Assembly (NCBI RefSeq): GCF_036321535.1
Contig: NC_087436.1
Span: 34,164,001 to 34,228,000 of the forward strand
Direction: 5' to 3'
Length of the DNA stretch: 64,000 nt
Origin: Camelus dromedarius
Taxonomy: Eukaryota
Under the pieces are notes generated by a model. The model saw only the letters and a list, made by a program, of their open reading frames with translations, was not told the origin of the DNA and did no database searches. Both the position numbers and the translations under genes were made by a program. Of the stretch, positions 1 to 14,408 are shown piece by piece (within the stretch, counting starts at the first letter, position 1; every line of letters starts with the position of its first letter).

Positions 1-1844
1 CTTTTGTCAATAGAACTATTCAATCATGCAAGTTCCCATGAATTATTTGCTAATGAGTGATTACATGTCATTTAAAATCTGTCAAGGAAGACCCTCCAAT
101 TTGTAGTTCTAGATGCACTTTATAAAAATGGTTATCTTTTCAGGAATTACAGTTCATTTGGATTAAATTTCAATTGTAACACACACTTGTGAGTTTGGTA
201 TCAGAAATGTTCTCATTTCTTTGGATATCACTGTGGCTTGCTGACCTTTTATCTTCTAAAGTTATATGCCTTGTAGCTGGATCAAAAATTGGGCCAAAAG
301 CTTGGGACATGAGGTAATTTGTTTTTTTATTAAAACTAGGATTCCTGTAAATAAAGCCCAGGGAAAAGTTCGCTAAAGAGGGCCTTTTAAATCTCCTCTG
401 CCACATGCCAGAGGAGGATTTTTTTCAGGCACCATGAGTGTGTGTCACAATATATGTAAGGGTCAAAGAAAGTGCGATCATTCAACTTTTGGAACTTGAG
501 GTTATATTATTTCAAGGTTGCCTATTTTCTAATACCATCAGGACTGGCTAACTCACTTGAGCTGAACAGTTTAGTTTAAAAGTTCCTAGTTGTTGAAAGA
601 TTTTTTTTTGGACCAGGTGACCGAAGGAAAATAAAGCCGGGTAAAGTGAACACAACAAAATAAAAACAAAAGCAAACATTACAAGGACAGGATGGCTGCA
701 TCTTCTCCATGCTCTTTACACTCCCTTCCAGGAAGTCTTGCAGGGAAATTCAGGACTTACGGCTAATTGAGATTAACAGCAAGGGAGTGAGGATTCCAAT
801 GTTGCACCTTACTGGACTGTGAGTAGGTATTTGAGACTCTTGTTCAGCTCTCACATTGATTTTCTGGAGGAGGGGTGGGACCAGCAGGGCTTTCTCTCTA
901 GCTATTTACAAGTATACTTTAATCCCTCCTAGGAAATCATTAATGATTCTCAGCAGAATATTTAGAATATCCAAAAGAAGAAAAAAAAAAAGTTATCCAT
1001 AGACTTACTGTAACAGACAAATGCTTTTGGTGTTTTAGGGTATTTCTTCCTGTGTTCTTTGAAAGTATAATTGTGTTTATATAATATAATAAAATTAATA
1101 TTAACTTAAACTTTACCTAAATGTAATTTGCTGACTTATATTCATATTAATAAGTGCTGATTTAAAATATATATATTCATATTTCATATTTAATTTCTAT
1201 AAATACAGTTTATATTTATGTTCACATCCATATCTACATCTCTATATAATTTTCTCTGATTAAAGAGATAATACAATTCTTGAGAAATAGTACATTTTTA
1301 GAAAGTAATTTTCAAAGATACATATGTGATATTTTTCTTAGTTTTTCATAACTAAGGATTCATGTATTTGCATTCATACATGTGTTAAATGCATTATATG
1401 AAATTTTGAGCACACACATTCTTTTTCATGACATTATCTAGATGCTAGCATATTGATGGCACTTTGTCATTTAAAATTGTATCAGGTTTCTCAGTTAGTC
1501 TTGCTTTTATATCCATTGGTATACAGTTTTATTCTATTTTCTTTGTTTTAGGTTTTTGTGAATACCTCTTTTGTTTATTAATTTCCCTTTCCATCTCATC
1601 CTATTGGCATTTTGTTTCAGCTCTTCTCCCCTTGTGACTTTTAAAAGGCCATAATTATTAATTTATTAAAGATATTTATGTAAAAACCCTTGTCCTTCTG
1701 AAGATTGAAAGACTGGTTTCAGTCAATGGATTATACTTCTTAGGATTCTTAAAGTAGATTGAAAATATTAAACCTTTTCCTGAAATTTACTTTGGATTCT
1801 CAAATACATGATTTTTAGAGCAATATCATTGGTGGTGCGCCATG

Positions 1845-1985
1845 GTGGTCTTGACATGCAGACTAGGGGGCAGAGAGCTGGGGTCAAATTTTGCTTCTAT
1901 TACTTAATAGGAGTGTGACTTTAGCCACGTTGCTTAATTTTCTCCCAGTTTCCTCATTGACAAAATGCAGATGATACTAATTTCT
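1845..1985 (+). mobile_element. MIR SINE fragment
   Basis: MIR core-like text: gggtcaaattttgcttctattacttaataggagtgtgactttagccacgttgcttaattttctcccagtttcctcattgacaaaatgcagatgata. Confidence 0.8.
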
Positions 1986-4922
1986 ATAAAATACATGCCA
2001 CTACAGATATTGTTTAATTCAGTGTTAGCTATTAATATAGTTAATTACTCTGACTTTCTAAAAATGTCGAGACTCAATCAAAAAGAGTTTCAAAATGGAT
2101 GCCAAATTTTCTGGTTAAACCTGAAGTTCTTTTAAAAATGGGCATATTATAAAGAGAATTTCTACCTTCTTTTAGGCTGAAACCTAAGACAATTTCTTTT
2201 GAAACACCCAACTCTATCTGCCTTATAGTTAATGGAGAGGTATCCTAGATTCCAGCATTACTTTATTTAATAGACTCAATTTCTGATATTCCTATTGTTT
2301 TTCACTTTTCCATTTTATTCATAGGTATTTTGAGGTAAAGTTGGTAGAAACTGTTATTTTAAATCATAAAACAAACCCAGCTTGTGGGTTATTTATTATT
2401 ATTATTATTTTTTTTTATTCAGGTATGAAATACTGCAACAGTATCCTAGGCTGTTTGGAGACTGGGTCTGTTATTCTCCTGGAAGAAAGTTGTATTCTTT
2501 AGTTTTGCCTGGTTACCAAAATCAGCGATTTTAGATACGAGGTTTTCAACTTTCCTTGGTGTACTGAGAAGGGACTAGCTAGGGTCAAAAGGCAACTTGA
2601 ATATACTGAGGGGCCTCTGAACTTCACCTAGTTTAGTTTTGTCAGACCTTTTGGCCATGCCCTGAAGAAAGAAACGCATTTTACCCAGTACACACACATA
2701 TACAAACTGAAACAAAATTTTCCCCAAACTCTATTTACTTCTACCACATGTGATGCATTCTTTTTTTAACTTTTTGATTTTTTTTCTTTAAAAGTATCAT
2801 TCACAACCTGTTCAGTTTAGTTTATTACCTCTAAAAATTTGTGGCATTCAATTAAAAAACACAAATGCAAAAATCACTGGATTAGAGTTTTAAGGTTCTT
2901 ACGACTTTCCCCCACCCCATATTGATGGTTTCTTATCTTCCTGGAACTTAATCAAAGGTAAGAAGTATATAAATGATATAAAAAGAGATTAAAATGTATT
3001 TCACAGAACAAAAACAGAAAACAGGCTGACTGTAAAACATTTTTTGTCTATCATTATTTCCTATACTCTATTAGACCTCCCAGAAAAGAATAGAAATATC
3101 ATCAATCAAGAACAATACAATTGTTTGACATGTTTCTTGTAAGAAACCAAGAAAAATACTAAATATAGGAAATAAAAATGCCTTAATCAAAATATTTGGA
3201 AATTTTACCAGTATTTATTGTACACAGATCTATTTTCTGCAACTGGACAATTATGTTCTCATAGAATAGAAATCTGAAAACAAGATCAACTAAAACAAGT
3301 TAAGTTTGTTTTATTCATAAGGTGGAGATACTGTGAACTGACCAAAGCTTCTAGAGGCTCTGAGTTTGTAGACTCATGACAGTGAAGTTTTTCCAAGCAT
3401 TTATTCTTTCTATTTTTAATTTAAAAACAAATAATCACCTGCCATTAAATTGTTGGTAATAGAAAGAAGCAATGGAAAATAATAATCAGACACTAAACAT
3501 ATCTGTTATTTTTGCTTTTGCTTTCTTTTTTATAGGCAAGCAAATCTTATAGCTAAAACTGGCATTTCACACTGTATTCTCATATGTCAGACTGAGATTT
3601 ATATAAAGTTTTAAATTCAGCTTTTGCTGCAATTTAAAAACAACATAGAGCTTATGTTTTTTTCCTCAATTTTATGAGCCAAAAAATAGACATCTGTATT
3701 ATTATAGCTACTTATTGGGCCCCAGGATTTACTGTACCTGCCCAATTAGACTGAAAGTACCATAAAGGAATCCTAAAGTGTCCTTACATAGCTTATTTAG
3801 TAAGTCTTTTCTAGTTATTTACCTTTGGGAAGTCAGCTGATATAAGGGTAGAGTATCACTTTTCAGGTTTAACATTGGCTTATGGTCAAAAAAAAAAAAA
3901 AAAGAAAGCGAGAAAGAGGGAGTGAGAGGGAGATTATTTCTTTGTCAAATTAAGTCATTTTTCAAGGATCCCATGGGAGAGTACACTTACTGGCTTCATA
4001 TAACAGGACTAGTAGGGAGGTTAGGTCAAAAATATTGCTTTGAAACTGAAGTGAGAGCTAACAGCTGAGAAATGTATATTTAAAATGGAGGTTCACATGA
4101 AGTATCAAAAGTTCAAAGTCTGTCTTTGTTTCCATTTCTGTGTGTTTCATATGTATTTAACTGAAAGGCAGAAGTAGAATATTTTGAGTAATTTGTACAC
4201 TCCGTGTCAGGACAGGGGGTGGAGATTAAGAAAGAACTTCTCACTAGACACTGCCATAAAGTTGGCAGTTACTTGCAATTTGATAGCTCTCTTTTCCTCC
4301 TCTTGGTCTATCTGCTTCTAGCCACAAGCACAGTCAATCAAGTGAGTTTTATGTTTAGTCACAAATACTATATACTATAGGGGAACACTAAGTTTTTTTT
4401 TAAGTTTATATATATTTATGTTCATTTTGGTCAAGGTAATTTTCTTTTATACTATAAAATTTGACAAGACCATTTGAGCAATTTTCTTTAGGGTCCTTTT
4501 TCACAGTAATTCATGACACTGAATTTGAATTTAAGAATAAGGAAAATACATACTTTGCTATATACTTCAATCCTCTCAAAATATTTTGAAGAAGAAATTA
4601 AACAATATGCATGTCTACTTTAAAGGGAATAATTAAACATCATAAATTTTTCCTTGTACATTAAAGGAGAAAAAAGGGGCATTCTAGAAGAAAATAACTA
4701 TGTGTCTTGCATCTATTTTTCTCTTTTTTTGGTTCAGCTGAACAATACTCTGTTTATGAAATATAAACACTCCAGGAGTAAATTTAAAAAGAACAGGAAG
4801 AACTTTTGTAAACTATCACTGTATTTCTCAGACGCTCTGTTTTCTTTCTTTAATTAACTAAGATATTTCTTTAACTTCAGTATTCATTTTTTTCTTCTCT
4901 ATGTAATTTTTTTTTTTAGTTT

Positions 4923-5455
4923 CTGTAGCAAACGCTTAGAGGCTCCTCAGTATTTGTTCTCCTCTTCTTCCACAGTAATAGACTTTCTTTTAGTCGGGTA
5001 CATGGTTGTCAAACTAAAGGCTGTATCTCCCAGCTTCCTTTGTGACTAGTTCTGGCCACTCCAACACTGTGTGCCTCATGTTCTCAGCTGTCAAGTCCTG
5101 TAAAGGTTTAAAGCAGTACCTTGTACATGATAAGCATAATTTACATTTTAGGAAGAGGGAGAAAATGAAATTTTTAAAAAAATACACTAGTTCCAGGTCT
5201 TGCTCTAAAACAAATAAGCATCACTCCCCAAGTTTCTCACCCCCTTTTCACTAACTAGGAGGTGCCAGAGATGGAGCAGCCATGTTGGGCCCCCACGTTA
5301 GTTGTGTAAAGACACTGATGGGGCTGCTTACCAGCCCTGGATGCCTGCCTACCATTGAACTGTTAACATGAGAGAGAATAAACTTCCATCTGCAAAACCT
5401 ACTGAAATCTGGAATATCTTTCCTGGTGGCACTAATCCTGGAATCAACTAATATG
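4923..5455 (+). mobile_element. MaLR LTR, MLT1I/J-like, degraded and interrupted
   Basis: tatctcccagcttcctttgtgactagttctggcca, gagcagccatgttgg, ccagccctggatgcctgcctacc and gagagaataaacttccatc resemble old MLT1 LTR blocks. Confidence 0.6.
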
Positions 5456-6519
5456 GATTACTAATAATTCTCCTTATTTAAGAGAATTTTTCTTAGAAAA
5501 TGAAGCTAGTTATTAGTTTTAAAATATGATATCGATTTGTTTGGCAAAATTATTAAGTACAGTTTTGCAAAATATAATGATTTCTATATATGTATATATT
5601 TTAGCCGACTGAACAAAGTACTCAAGACATATATTAGTCAAATCTGAGTAGTTATGATTATACTAACACGTATGTAGAAAGATGCTCAATTTCAAATCCA
5701 TTGTTCCACAGAGAAGTTTGAACAGGATAGTGCTGATCTTATCTTTACAATTTTTGGTAAACCTGCGTATGCAACTACTATTGTGTAGGAGTCTTGTGTA
5801 CAAGACCAAAAAACCCCCCAAAACAAACAAAACCCTGAGAGCTCCAGTAATACATTCACACTGTGTGTGCATGCACATATGTATTCAAAATAGCCTTTTG
5901 ACCAAGCCTCTTGTTTTCGTCCTTCCCTTTCCTATTCATACTCCACAAAATTACCAAAATATTTTAGCTTTTCTATTTTTAAAGATAATTTGCTATAATA
6001 AAGAACTCTATAAGACTCCCCTGCATGATTAACTTCAATTTGGGGGTGCATATTATTCATAAATTTTCAGAATCAAGTATCAACCTACATTTTAGCCCTC
6101 TTGGTCTGTCTTTCCTTCCAAGTATCTCTTATTTTATCTAAGTAGGCAGAATTAGTCACAGTTTTCCTTTGTTTCCGCAGTGCAGCTGATTTTCATACAT
6201 TAGAAGAACATTAAACACCTTGTTTTTTAGTTACTTAATTATCTGTCTCCTTCATTATATCATTAATCAAAGATAAGCATGCCATGTGATGCACATTTTA
6301 TACTCTCCAACATTTATTTCAGCATGTTAATATTTCATTTTCACTTTGAAGTTATTTTTTCTCAATATTGCCTAAACCCACTATTGGTAGAAATGGATTG
6401 CTTTAGAACCCTAAATCAAAAAAGAAGCTTCTTATATGATCCCTTTTGTATATTTTGTGTGTGTGTGTATGCTTTTACACCAGCATTTAACAATAAGATA
6501 CTCTAAAAAAACCTCACAT

Positions 6520-7055
6520 ATGTATGTTTTTTATGTGAAACATCAACATATACAAAAACACACAGAGTAACACAACAAACTCCCAAATAACCATCAATCA
6601 ACTTGAACAATTGTTAGTCCTCTCTTTATGGATTATTTTGAAGGCAATATTAGAAGTTGTATCTTTTTACCTGTAAACATGTCATTATGATCTCTAAAAG
6701 GTACAGCCTCTTTTTAAAAATATCGCCACCGTGCCATTACCACAATTAAAAACAGTAATTTCTTGACATCATCGAACATTCAATAATGTTCAGTTTTTCA
6801 ATTTAAAAATAAAGTAAATGTTTTCAACTTTTAATGTATAGATTACCTACCAATATATTTTTTTGTTGAAATGTATTTGTCATTTAGAGTGTCTCACTAT
6901 TTGGGTTTTGTGGTATAATACAGAATTTTTTTCTCCCTGTATTATTACTTTTATATTGGTATTTGGGTCTACAGGCTTAATCAGTATTAGTTTTTTTTCC
7001 CCTCATAAGACTACTTCAAGATGATAGGGTGATGTCGTGTTCTTAAATCTAGAGG
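6520..7055 (-). mobile_element. Old LINE-1 3' region (L1MC4/5-like)
   Basis: ggattattttgaaggcaat, gtaatttcttgacatcatcgaacattcaataatgttcagttt and later blocks resemble the antisense L1MC 3'UTR. Confidence 0.6.
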
Positions 7056-7479
7056 CACATTATAGCATGAAATGTGCCAGTACACTATGGGAATACTTTA
7101 CTTAAAAATATTTGGATGCTGTTCTTACCAATAGGATGCTTTTACCATAAATTGGGAGCACAACATTCAAGTTTAAACAGCCCAGAAATCCAGCTTATCT
7201 TTAGGGTTTTTTTTTTTTTTTCAGCTAAACAAGTCAGTTAGCTGAAAAAACTAAAAAAAAATTTAGAGGAACAAACAAAAACTATAACTAACATTTATTT
7301 ATAAGATGTTGTAGAAGGAGATTGAACCACAAGGTAAATAGTTAAAAGAACCAAGACTGTCAAAAGGCAATATAAGGTAGGAGTTTACTGCAGGTTATTT
7401 GGGCAAGTCCCTAAAGGGATTTTGTGTATGATTGGGAAAAACCTTTTATGTAGAGGAAAGAATGGAGGACAGAGGCAAA

Positions 7480-7680
7480 GACTAGCTGACTGTAAGCTTG
7501 ATATGAGTCCACAGTATACCACGGCTGTGTGAAGCTCAGAGAAGTGATGGTCTCCTGATCATAATGTGTTCCACTCTGGGTAACATCATGTGTTTAGCAA
7601 AATATTGAGGACTTCGAGAACATTTAAAGCAATTGAGCAAGATGATGAACAGTTTGGGGACTGCTTTGCGTAGCTTGAAA
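7480..7680 (+). mobile_element. L3/CR1 LINE fragment
   Basis: tgactgtaagcttgatatgagtccacagtataccacggctg and tgtgttccactctgggtaacatcat match the recalled L3 ORF2 3' portion. Confidence 0.55.
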
Positions 7681-10334
7681 AAAAATATGTGTGTGTGTGT
7701 GATTGTATGTAAGGGGTGATAAGGGTTAGATTAGGGGTTAAGGTATCCTATAGCAGGATAATATTCTGTATCCAATAACCAGGAAGTTGTTTTTTAATAG
7801 CAAGTGATTGCAGGAAGAAACAAATGAAGGAACAACTTACCAATCCTTTGTTTCTTCAGTGGCATTTCAAAGGCCAACCCAGGTCAACACGCTTCCTTAT
7901 ACTACTCTAAATCACCAACTGGGTAATGGTGTAATTTCTGACAAGAATCTCTGGTCTCTATCTGTCTGACCTTTTCAAATAAGCTTTTACTCAGCCACTA
8001 ATTCACTCAATGCTGTCACTGAACTGTGGACCATCACAGCCTAACATGTGGAATGAAATAGGAGGTATGTTGTTGTTAACCTTCCACATCAGAATCCTGT
8101 CATCCTTGATGCTTGTGCTGCTTTGATTTGGGGACACCAATCAGCCACTGACTAACATTTCTTTTTTGAGGCTCAGGTAATTCTTAGATTTAGATTTAGA
8201 TTGCCCTTAAAGCCTACTTTTTTCTTGAATTAACTTGATTCTGGCTGCCTTAACTCTTTACTATTCATTCCCCATTTTGATAATAACATCTTGAACTCCA
8301 GTTGAGAGAACAGAACTCATTGTCCCTGTGTCCCTTTGTCTGGATTTATATATTTATATCTGTGCTCCCATATTTAGAGGACTCTAAATCAACTCTCTTA
8401 ATTCAGTCTTCCTTGAATCTAGAGTTCAGATCCTCTCTACCTAGATCTTCTCAATGCCACACAGATTAAGACCATGATACCGTGACGAAGAAAACAATAA
8501 CCTTTACCGACTGTTCCTATGTCCCAAGTTATAGATCAAGACAATTTTGTGGAGCTTAGTAAATTTATTTACTAATTAAAGAAATATAGTACATTTTTCA
8601 AAGGTTTACATAAGTAGAAACAAAAATGCTGCACCTGGGTTCAAAGAATATAGGGATACTAGAGATAATAGGGAGTAAGGATAGTAATGACTATGAGAAG
8701 AACTTGACAGTGATAGTGAATTATAGGGGAACAAGAAAAAGGAATCATAATGGAAGTAATTCTAAATGAAGTCAAATGACTTGTGAAAATTATATATACT
8801 TAATGTATATTGACTTCACATGTGTCACAAATCCTCTTTGCCTATAGACTTTTTTGGGAGAACTGCCTAAAAATCATAGTTATATTTTAGAGCATATATT
8901 TTAGAGAGCAGAGGTTCTCACCCACACTGAGTAGGGTTCCTCGCAGCAACCAGCATCTCCCTTCCCTTCCGGCAGTAGATCTGTCAGTTTACCACGTGTG
9001 CCCTGCAAGTACTGCTATCATTTGCTAGGTAGACTGTGATGGAGATGAGGGAACACTCAGGAGAGTCACTGGTGGAGACAGCACGTGTGGCATTGCAAAT
9101 GTCTTCTTTAGTTCACTTCATTATAAATATTACAACAACGTGGTTTTGTCAAAGATGAATTCTCTTTTTCAGCAACCGAATTTTCCAAACAGAGTATTAT
9201 TGAGAAATGATAAATTAAAAAGAATACTTTGTAAAAAGTTATACGAAGTATCTCTCTGCCCTCCAAAGCCCTGAGGCATACATACATCATATTACCATCT
9301 ATAAATCTCAGATTTTCATTATTATGAAATCAAAGAGCAGAACTATCTAATTTATGAGGCTGGAAATTGTATTTCCCACTTCCATCATTTGGTATTAAGA
9401 TTTCTCCTCATTAAAGTTCTCAGTAGTAATGCTTCCAAGAGTAAAGCCATTTTTCAAGAACTTCACAGTTATGGCTGCAACATGTTAAGCATGATTTAAT
9501 TAATCGTGAATTGTCTGTCTCTGAAGCTATACCAGCAATGTCATACCCAGTAGATCTCTCTCATGTTCCATAAAGATGGCAAATTAGTTTCACAAAGATA
9601 TGTAGTGAGTTAAGTAGATGCAGAAGTTGCATATTAGAAGGATCTGTTTCCTTTAGATAAAATTGAAAACTTGTTAAAGATGTGAGCCCTTTGATAAGTT
9701 ACTTAAAATTACTTTTCCCATCAGTTTTAAAAAAGAATATGCACAGTGCTTGTCTTGTTAAGGAAAAAAAAATAAACAAATGCTGGGAACTGATCCGCCA
9801 ATATTATAAATATGTTCGGCACCCGTACAGAGTGTAATCCAACGGAATGTAATAAAACTAGAAGCTGACATTGTAATGAAGAAAGAAGAAATGCTATATT
9901 GATTTATAGGGAAAAGTCTGTTCTTCTGAAATGAAATAAAAGCACCTGTTATGAGAAGAGAATATAAATGCCAAAGGGAATAGTTCTGTTCATAAAGTTT
10001 TTAACTTAGAACTGCAGAATTCAGCTCAGTAAATCAAAACTGTATACAATAAAAGAAAAGCCAAGAACTAGTTTTATTGTGAAAATGGTGTTTTAAAGGC
10101 TCACTAGACCATCAATTCTGTCACAATGTTGGAAAAATAAACTGTAGTTTACTATCCAATTGGCACTTTCTTCCAGAACAAATTTTAAATTGGATTCAAA
10201 CATCATCTATATATAATACCCGACTGATGTTGACATTTGGCTTATACACTTTCTGATTACTACTCAAATGTCCACTGTATGCCTCTTCTTTTTATGTCTC
10301 TATTTTTTCCTTCTCTGACTCCTTTCTTTCTAGC

Positions 10335-10465
10335 TAGTATTTATTGAGCACCAACTCTGTGAGGGACACTCTGATAGGTCTTGGGGAAAAATAAATCAGA
10401 CACAGGCCAGGGAGACAGCAATGGGGACCCCAGTATTCTCTGTACACCGTGCCTGAGGTCCAGTC
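10335..10465 (-). mobile_element. L2 LINE 3' end fragment
   Basis: gtatttattgagcaccaactctgtgagggacact is the typical antisense L2 terminus. Confidence 0.6.
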
Positions 10466-13400
10466 TCCAGCTCGTGAGTAGGATCTGGACAAAAGAAGGG
10501 TGCCATGTCCTCTCAACCGCTTGCTCAGGACTTAGTCTAGGCAACAGTTAGCTGGGCAAGGGGGGAAAATCCTGAAGACAGGCCCCTCCCAGGAAGAGAG
10601 CCTTTTGACTGGGATCTCAAGGGCAGGGGAGCTACAGCCATGAAGAGTGGCTGTCTGCCTTGCTGAGCTGGGAGCATCAAAGCAGAGGGTCACCTTGGTT
10701 CATATACCACAGTCTCCTGCCTTTCTTCCTGAATTTTCTGTAGATTTTCTTGAAGAGGTCTTTCTTTCTTTGTTGTTTCCTTTTAGGACCACTTACTCAG
10801 GCTTTAGATGGTTGAGTTTTAAAAACAATTTTCACCAGTTTCACAGGTTAGTGGGCCCTTTCACGCTATCTTGCTAGAAGTCAATCTTCTATCTCATTGT
10901 TTTAAATAGAAAAGTTTTTGTCAAGGGGGGAAAATGGACAACTTTCTGAACAACTGTTAATAATATATTTGTCTATTTTCCAAGTGGATTATAAACTTTC
11001 TGTAATGATTAGTTAAAAGGAAATTACTCTTTTGTTTTACTTTTTTCCATTTTTTCTTTATTCTTAAGTTTATTATAATTGTATATTTACCCCATTTAAT
11101 TTTAAATGCGGCCTCATTGATAATATGTTTCATTCATTGATTCTGAGTATCAAAATAATTTACTTGTCTAGTAATTTATTATCATTTACTTAACTTGATG
11201 TGTTTATTAAAAACCCTGATTTTTCAATTATGAATCTAGACAAAATTATTATCATGATTTTGCCTACAAATCTTTGCTCTGCTTAACTATTGACGTCAAA
11301 GCCACTGTGGTTGGTTTCATCAATGACAACAATTTTTTTTTTAAGCCAAGATTTCCAGCTAAACTTGGATGGCCTGACTGCTAAATGCTTATACTTCCAT
11401 GGTCCTCAACGATTATTTTATTCTACAGCCTCCTCAATTAGGTGGCACTGATATGTGCAACATTACTAGATGTCACTTACTACTCCAAATTTGCCTCTGA
11501 AAACAGAGTATCTCTATCAACTCTCTCTCACCTCCAAGTACATCTTTTCAAGACTTGGATGACAGCTGTCAGCTCTTCTCTTTGGCTTTAACATCTTATT
11601 CCTGGTATCAAAGCACTAGATTATTGCCTCCAAAATTACCATCCAAATTCTTTCCATGTGACCCATAGCTCTCACGCAAATAAAACCCTGCTTGCCAGAT
11701 TTGCTGTCTTATTTTTTCTCAAAGAACTCTGGCTGTAACTGTAAGACTTCAAGAAAATTTATTTCATTTTGCAGGCACTCAGTTTCCTTCAGAAAAATAA
11801 ATAAGTAGAAAGAAGGAAAGGGAAAAGGGAGGGAGAATAAAAGGAAGGAAGGGACTTAAAACTTACTGAACAACAAATTACACTTGTACTTTTTGCTATG
11901 TATATACCAAGCCATATCTGGGGTAAATTTATATATAATGTGTATATTTTATATAGATAGTTTTGTCATGTATTAAAAATAATGTGTATATAAATTATTC
12001 ATTTTCTTCTTAATGTCCTGAATTCTCTGCCTTCTGAAATTTGCTGTGACCTGAGTTCCAAACCCCCTGCAAGATATTTAAGTTACCATTGTTCCTAGTT
12101 GTTACTGGCACCCAGTACATGCTTAATTAATAGTTTTATATGTATTTTTTAAATGAAGGAATCACTTCATCATGGCTACCACATGCAATGAGCAAATTCT
12201 GATGGCTTGGTATCACTACACCAAAGAAAAAAAAAAGTCTAAGAGCAAAATCAAGGAAGAACTTAATTTCAAGAAGTGAGCTTTTTATAAACTTATGTCA
12301 GAGGCATTTATATAGTGCTAATTAACAGCTATCAGTTTAATTTAATTATTTTCCACATTATTGCTATTAATGGTCTCCATCTGGCCCAATTAATAAAAAC
12401 TCTTCTTCCACTGGTTCTGATCATCAGCCAACACTCATTCTCCCCAATCTGGTTTCACTAAGAAATACTGTTTTTCCATCTGTAACAGTCTTACTTTTCT
12501 AATAAGTCAGAGACACAATGATCGCTGATTATACCATTAAAGCTATGTTCTAGCATATCTGTTGAATCTTTGTCTTACCAGTTAGAAGATGGGAAAAAGG
12601 CTGAAACTCTTTGAGATGCCTGTTCCAGAAAAAAGATCTTGACATAGTATAAATGTAATTTTAGAGGTAGGGACTAGAAGTGTGTGCTTTGGAACTCAGT
12701 GATAATTCTGAAACTTACATGGGTAATTGAGCATAGAAATTATAAATAATTAACAGCCACAATACTATCAAACAAATAAATTATGTCTCTGATGTTTTAG
12801 AAGCAAGGACATCCTTTTATGAGGACTTATAACTCTTATTTTCTATATGTATTCACAAGGATTTATATTCTCCTAAAGAATTTCCAATACAGTTTTTTTT
12901 TAAGAATGAGAAAGATTTACATTACAGTATCTTAACATCTAACGAACTATATACACTATTCAACTATAGATCTTTTAATCTGTGTAGTCTGAACACTCAT
13001 ACTCTTCCAGGTATGTTGAGCATTCTGTGAACTGCATGATTGCCCTGATTTTACCTGTTCTCTCAGGGTGATATTAGTGCCTTGTTTGAGTATCAACAGA
13101 ATCACAGTTATGACAATAAATTATATAAATCACTTATTTATAGCAGTTATTGTCATTGTATTTCCTAAACATGGCCCAGATAAACTAAATTATAAACAAA
13201 ATGTCATGAATAAAACCTTGATTTATAAATTCAGTAACTTCAGTGCTTTAAATTAATGAATTATGATTCAAAGTTATTTTAAATAAAAATAAACCTGTAT
13301 TAATTTATGACGTCTATTTGTTTGAAATTTAAATATCTGACTTTTGTTCTGTTTTTGAACAAGTTTTAGAAAATCTTTCTCTCAATGACCAAAAAATTTT

Positions 13401-13489
13401 TTTAAACCTGATTTCAGAAAAATCACTAATAAAAAGATTTCATTCCAGTAACAGCCAGTGAGGACACTGTTTTTGCTTTTTTGTTTCAA

Positions 13490-14408
13490 AAGACTTTTAT
13501 TTTTAGATCAGGTTTAGACTGACAACAAAATTTAGAGGGTGATACAAAGATTTCTTGCATGTCCCCTGCCTCATACACACAGAGACTTCGCCGTTAACAA
13601 CATCATTCACCAGAATGCTACATTTGTTATCAAAGATGAACCTATACTGATACATCACAATCACCCAAAGTCCATAGTTGACCTTAGGGTTCACTCTCAG
13701 TGTTGTACATTCTCTGGATTTGGACAAATATAAAATGACACGTATCCATCAGCCCTATATTGAAAATGAGTGGCGAGGATGCCCGCTCTTGCCTTGCACC
13801 TGATCTTCGTGTGAAAGCTTCGAGTTTCTCACCACTAAGTATGATGTTAGCTGTTAAGTTTTTTTGCAGATAGTCTTTATCAACTTGAGAAAGATTCAGT
13901 CAATTCCTATTTTACTAACAGTCTTTATCATGAAGGGGTGTTGGATTTTGTCAAATGCTTTCTCGGTATCTATTGATAAAATCACTTGATTTTTCTTTTT
14001 TAGTCTGTTGATGTCATGAATTACACTGATTGATTTTCGAATGTTGAAACAGCCTTGCATACTTGGGATAAATTCCACTTGGTCATGGTTTATAAGTTTT
14101 TCATGCATTGTTAGATTTGATTTTCTAATATTTTGTTAAGAATTTTTGGATCCATATTCATGAGAAATATTGTTCTGTAGTTTTCTTGTAATATCTTTGT
14201 CTGGATTTGGTATTAAGGTCATACTGTCTCATAGAATGCATTAAGAAGTATTTTCTCTGCTCTTAGCCTCTGAAAGAGATTGTAGTGAGTTGGTGTACAT
14301 TTTTCTTAAATATTTGGTAAGATTCATCAGTGAAACCATCTGAACCTTGTGCTTTCTGTTTTAGAAGGTTATGAATTATTAGTTTGGCTTCTTTGATAGA
14401 CATAGGCT
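13490..14408 (-). mobile_element. LINE-1 (L1MC1-like): 3'UTR joined directly to the ORF2 reverse transcriptase region
   Basis: 13490-13752 is an L1MC-type 3' end (gatgaacctatactgatacatcacaatcacccaaagtccatagtt). ORF 13896..14108(-) [55 protein letters not shown] is L1 ORF2 RT. Confidence 0.9.

Noticed and set aside
388..426. Hairpin (aatctcctctg / cagaggaggatt) followed by a T run, resembling an intrinsic terminator
   Set aside because: Mammalian DNA, no upstream gene or Pol III promoter seen, and the stem is too short for a pre-miRNA
2423..2534. Possible acceptor (ttttttattcag) followed by a 36-codon open frame
   Set aside because: Ends in a stop, no convincing donor, peptide unrecognised
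7216..7250. 13-bp inverted repeat ttttttcagctaa / ttagctgaaaaaa
   Set aside because: Half of the stem is homopolymer; expected by chance
7720..7745. Telomere-like gggttagattaggggtta
   Set aside because: Too short and degenerate to call an interstitial telomeric repeat
8905..9072. Possible hAT MITE (cagaggttctca ... gagagtcactg); a similar hint at 2535-2880
   Set aside because: Termini too degenerate to assign a family by eye
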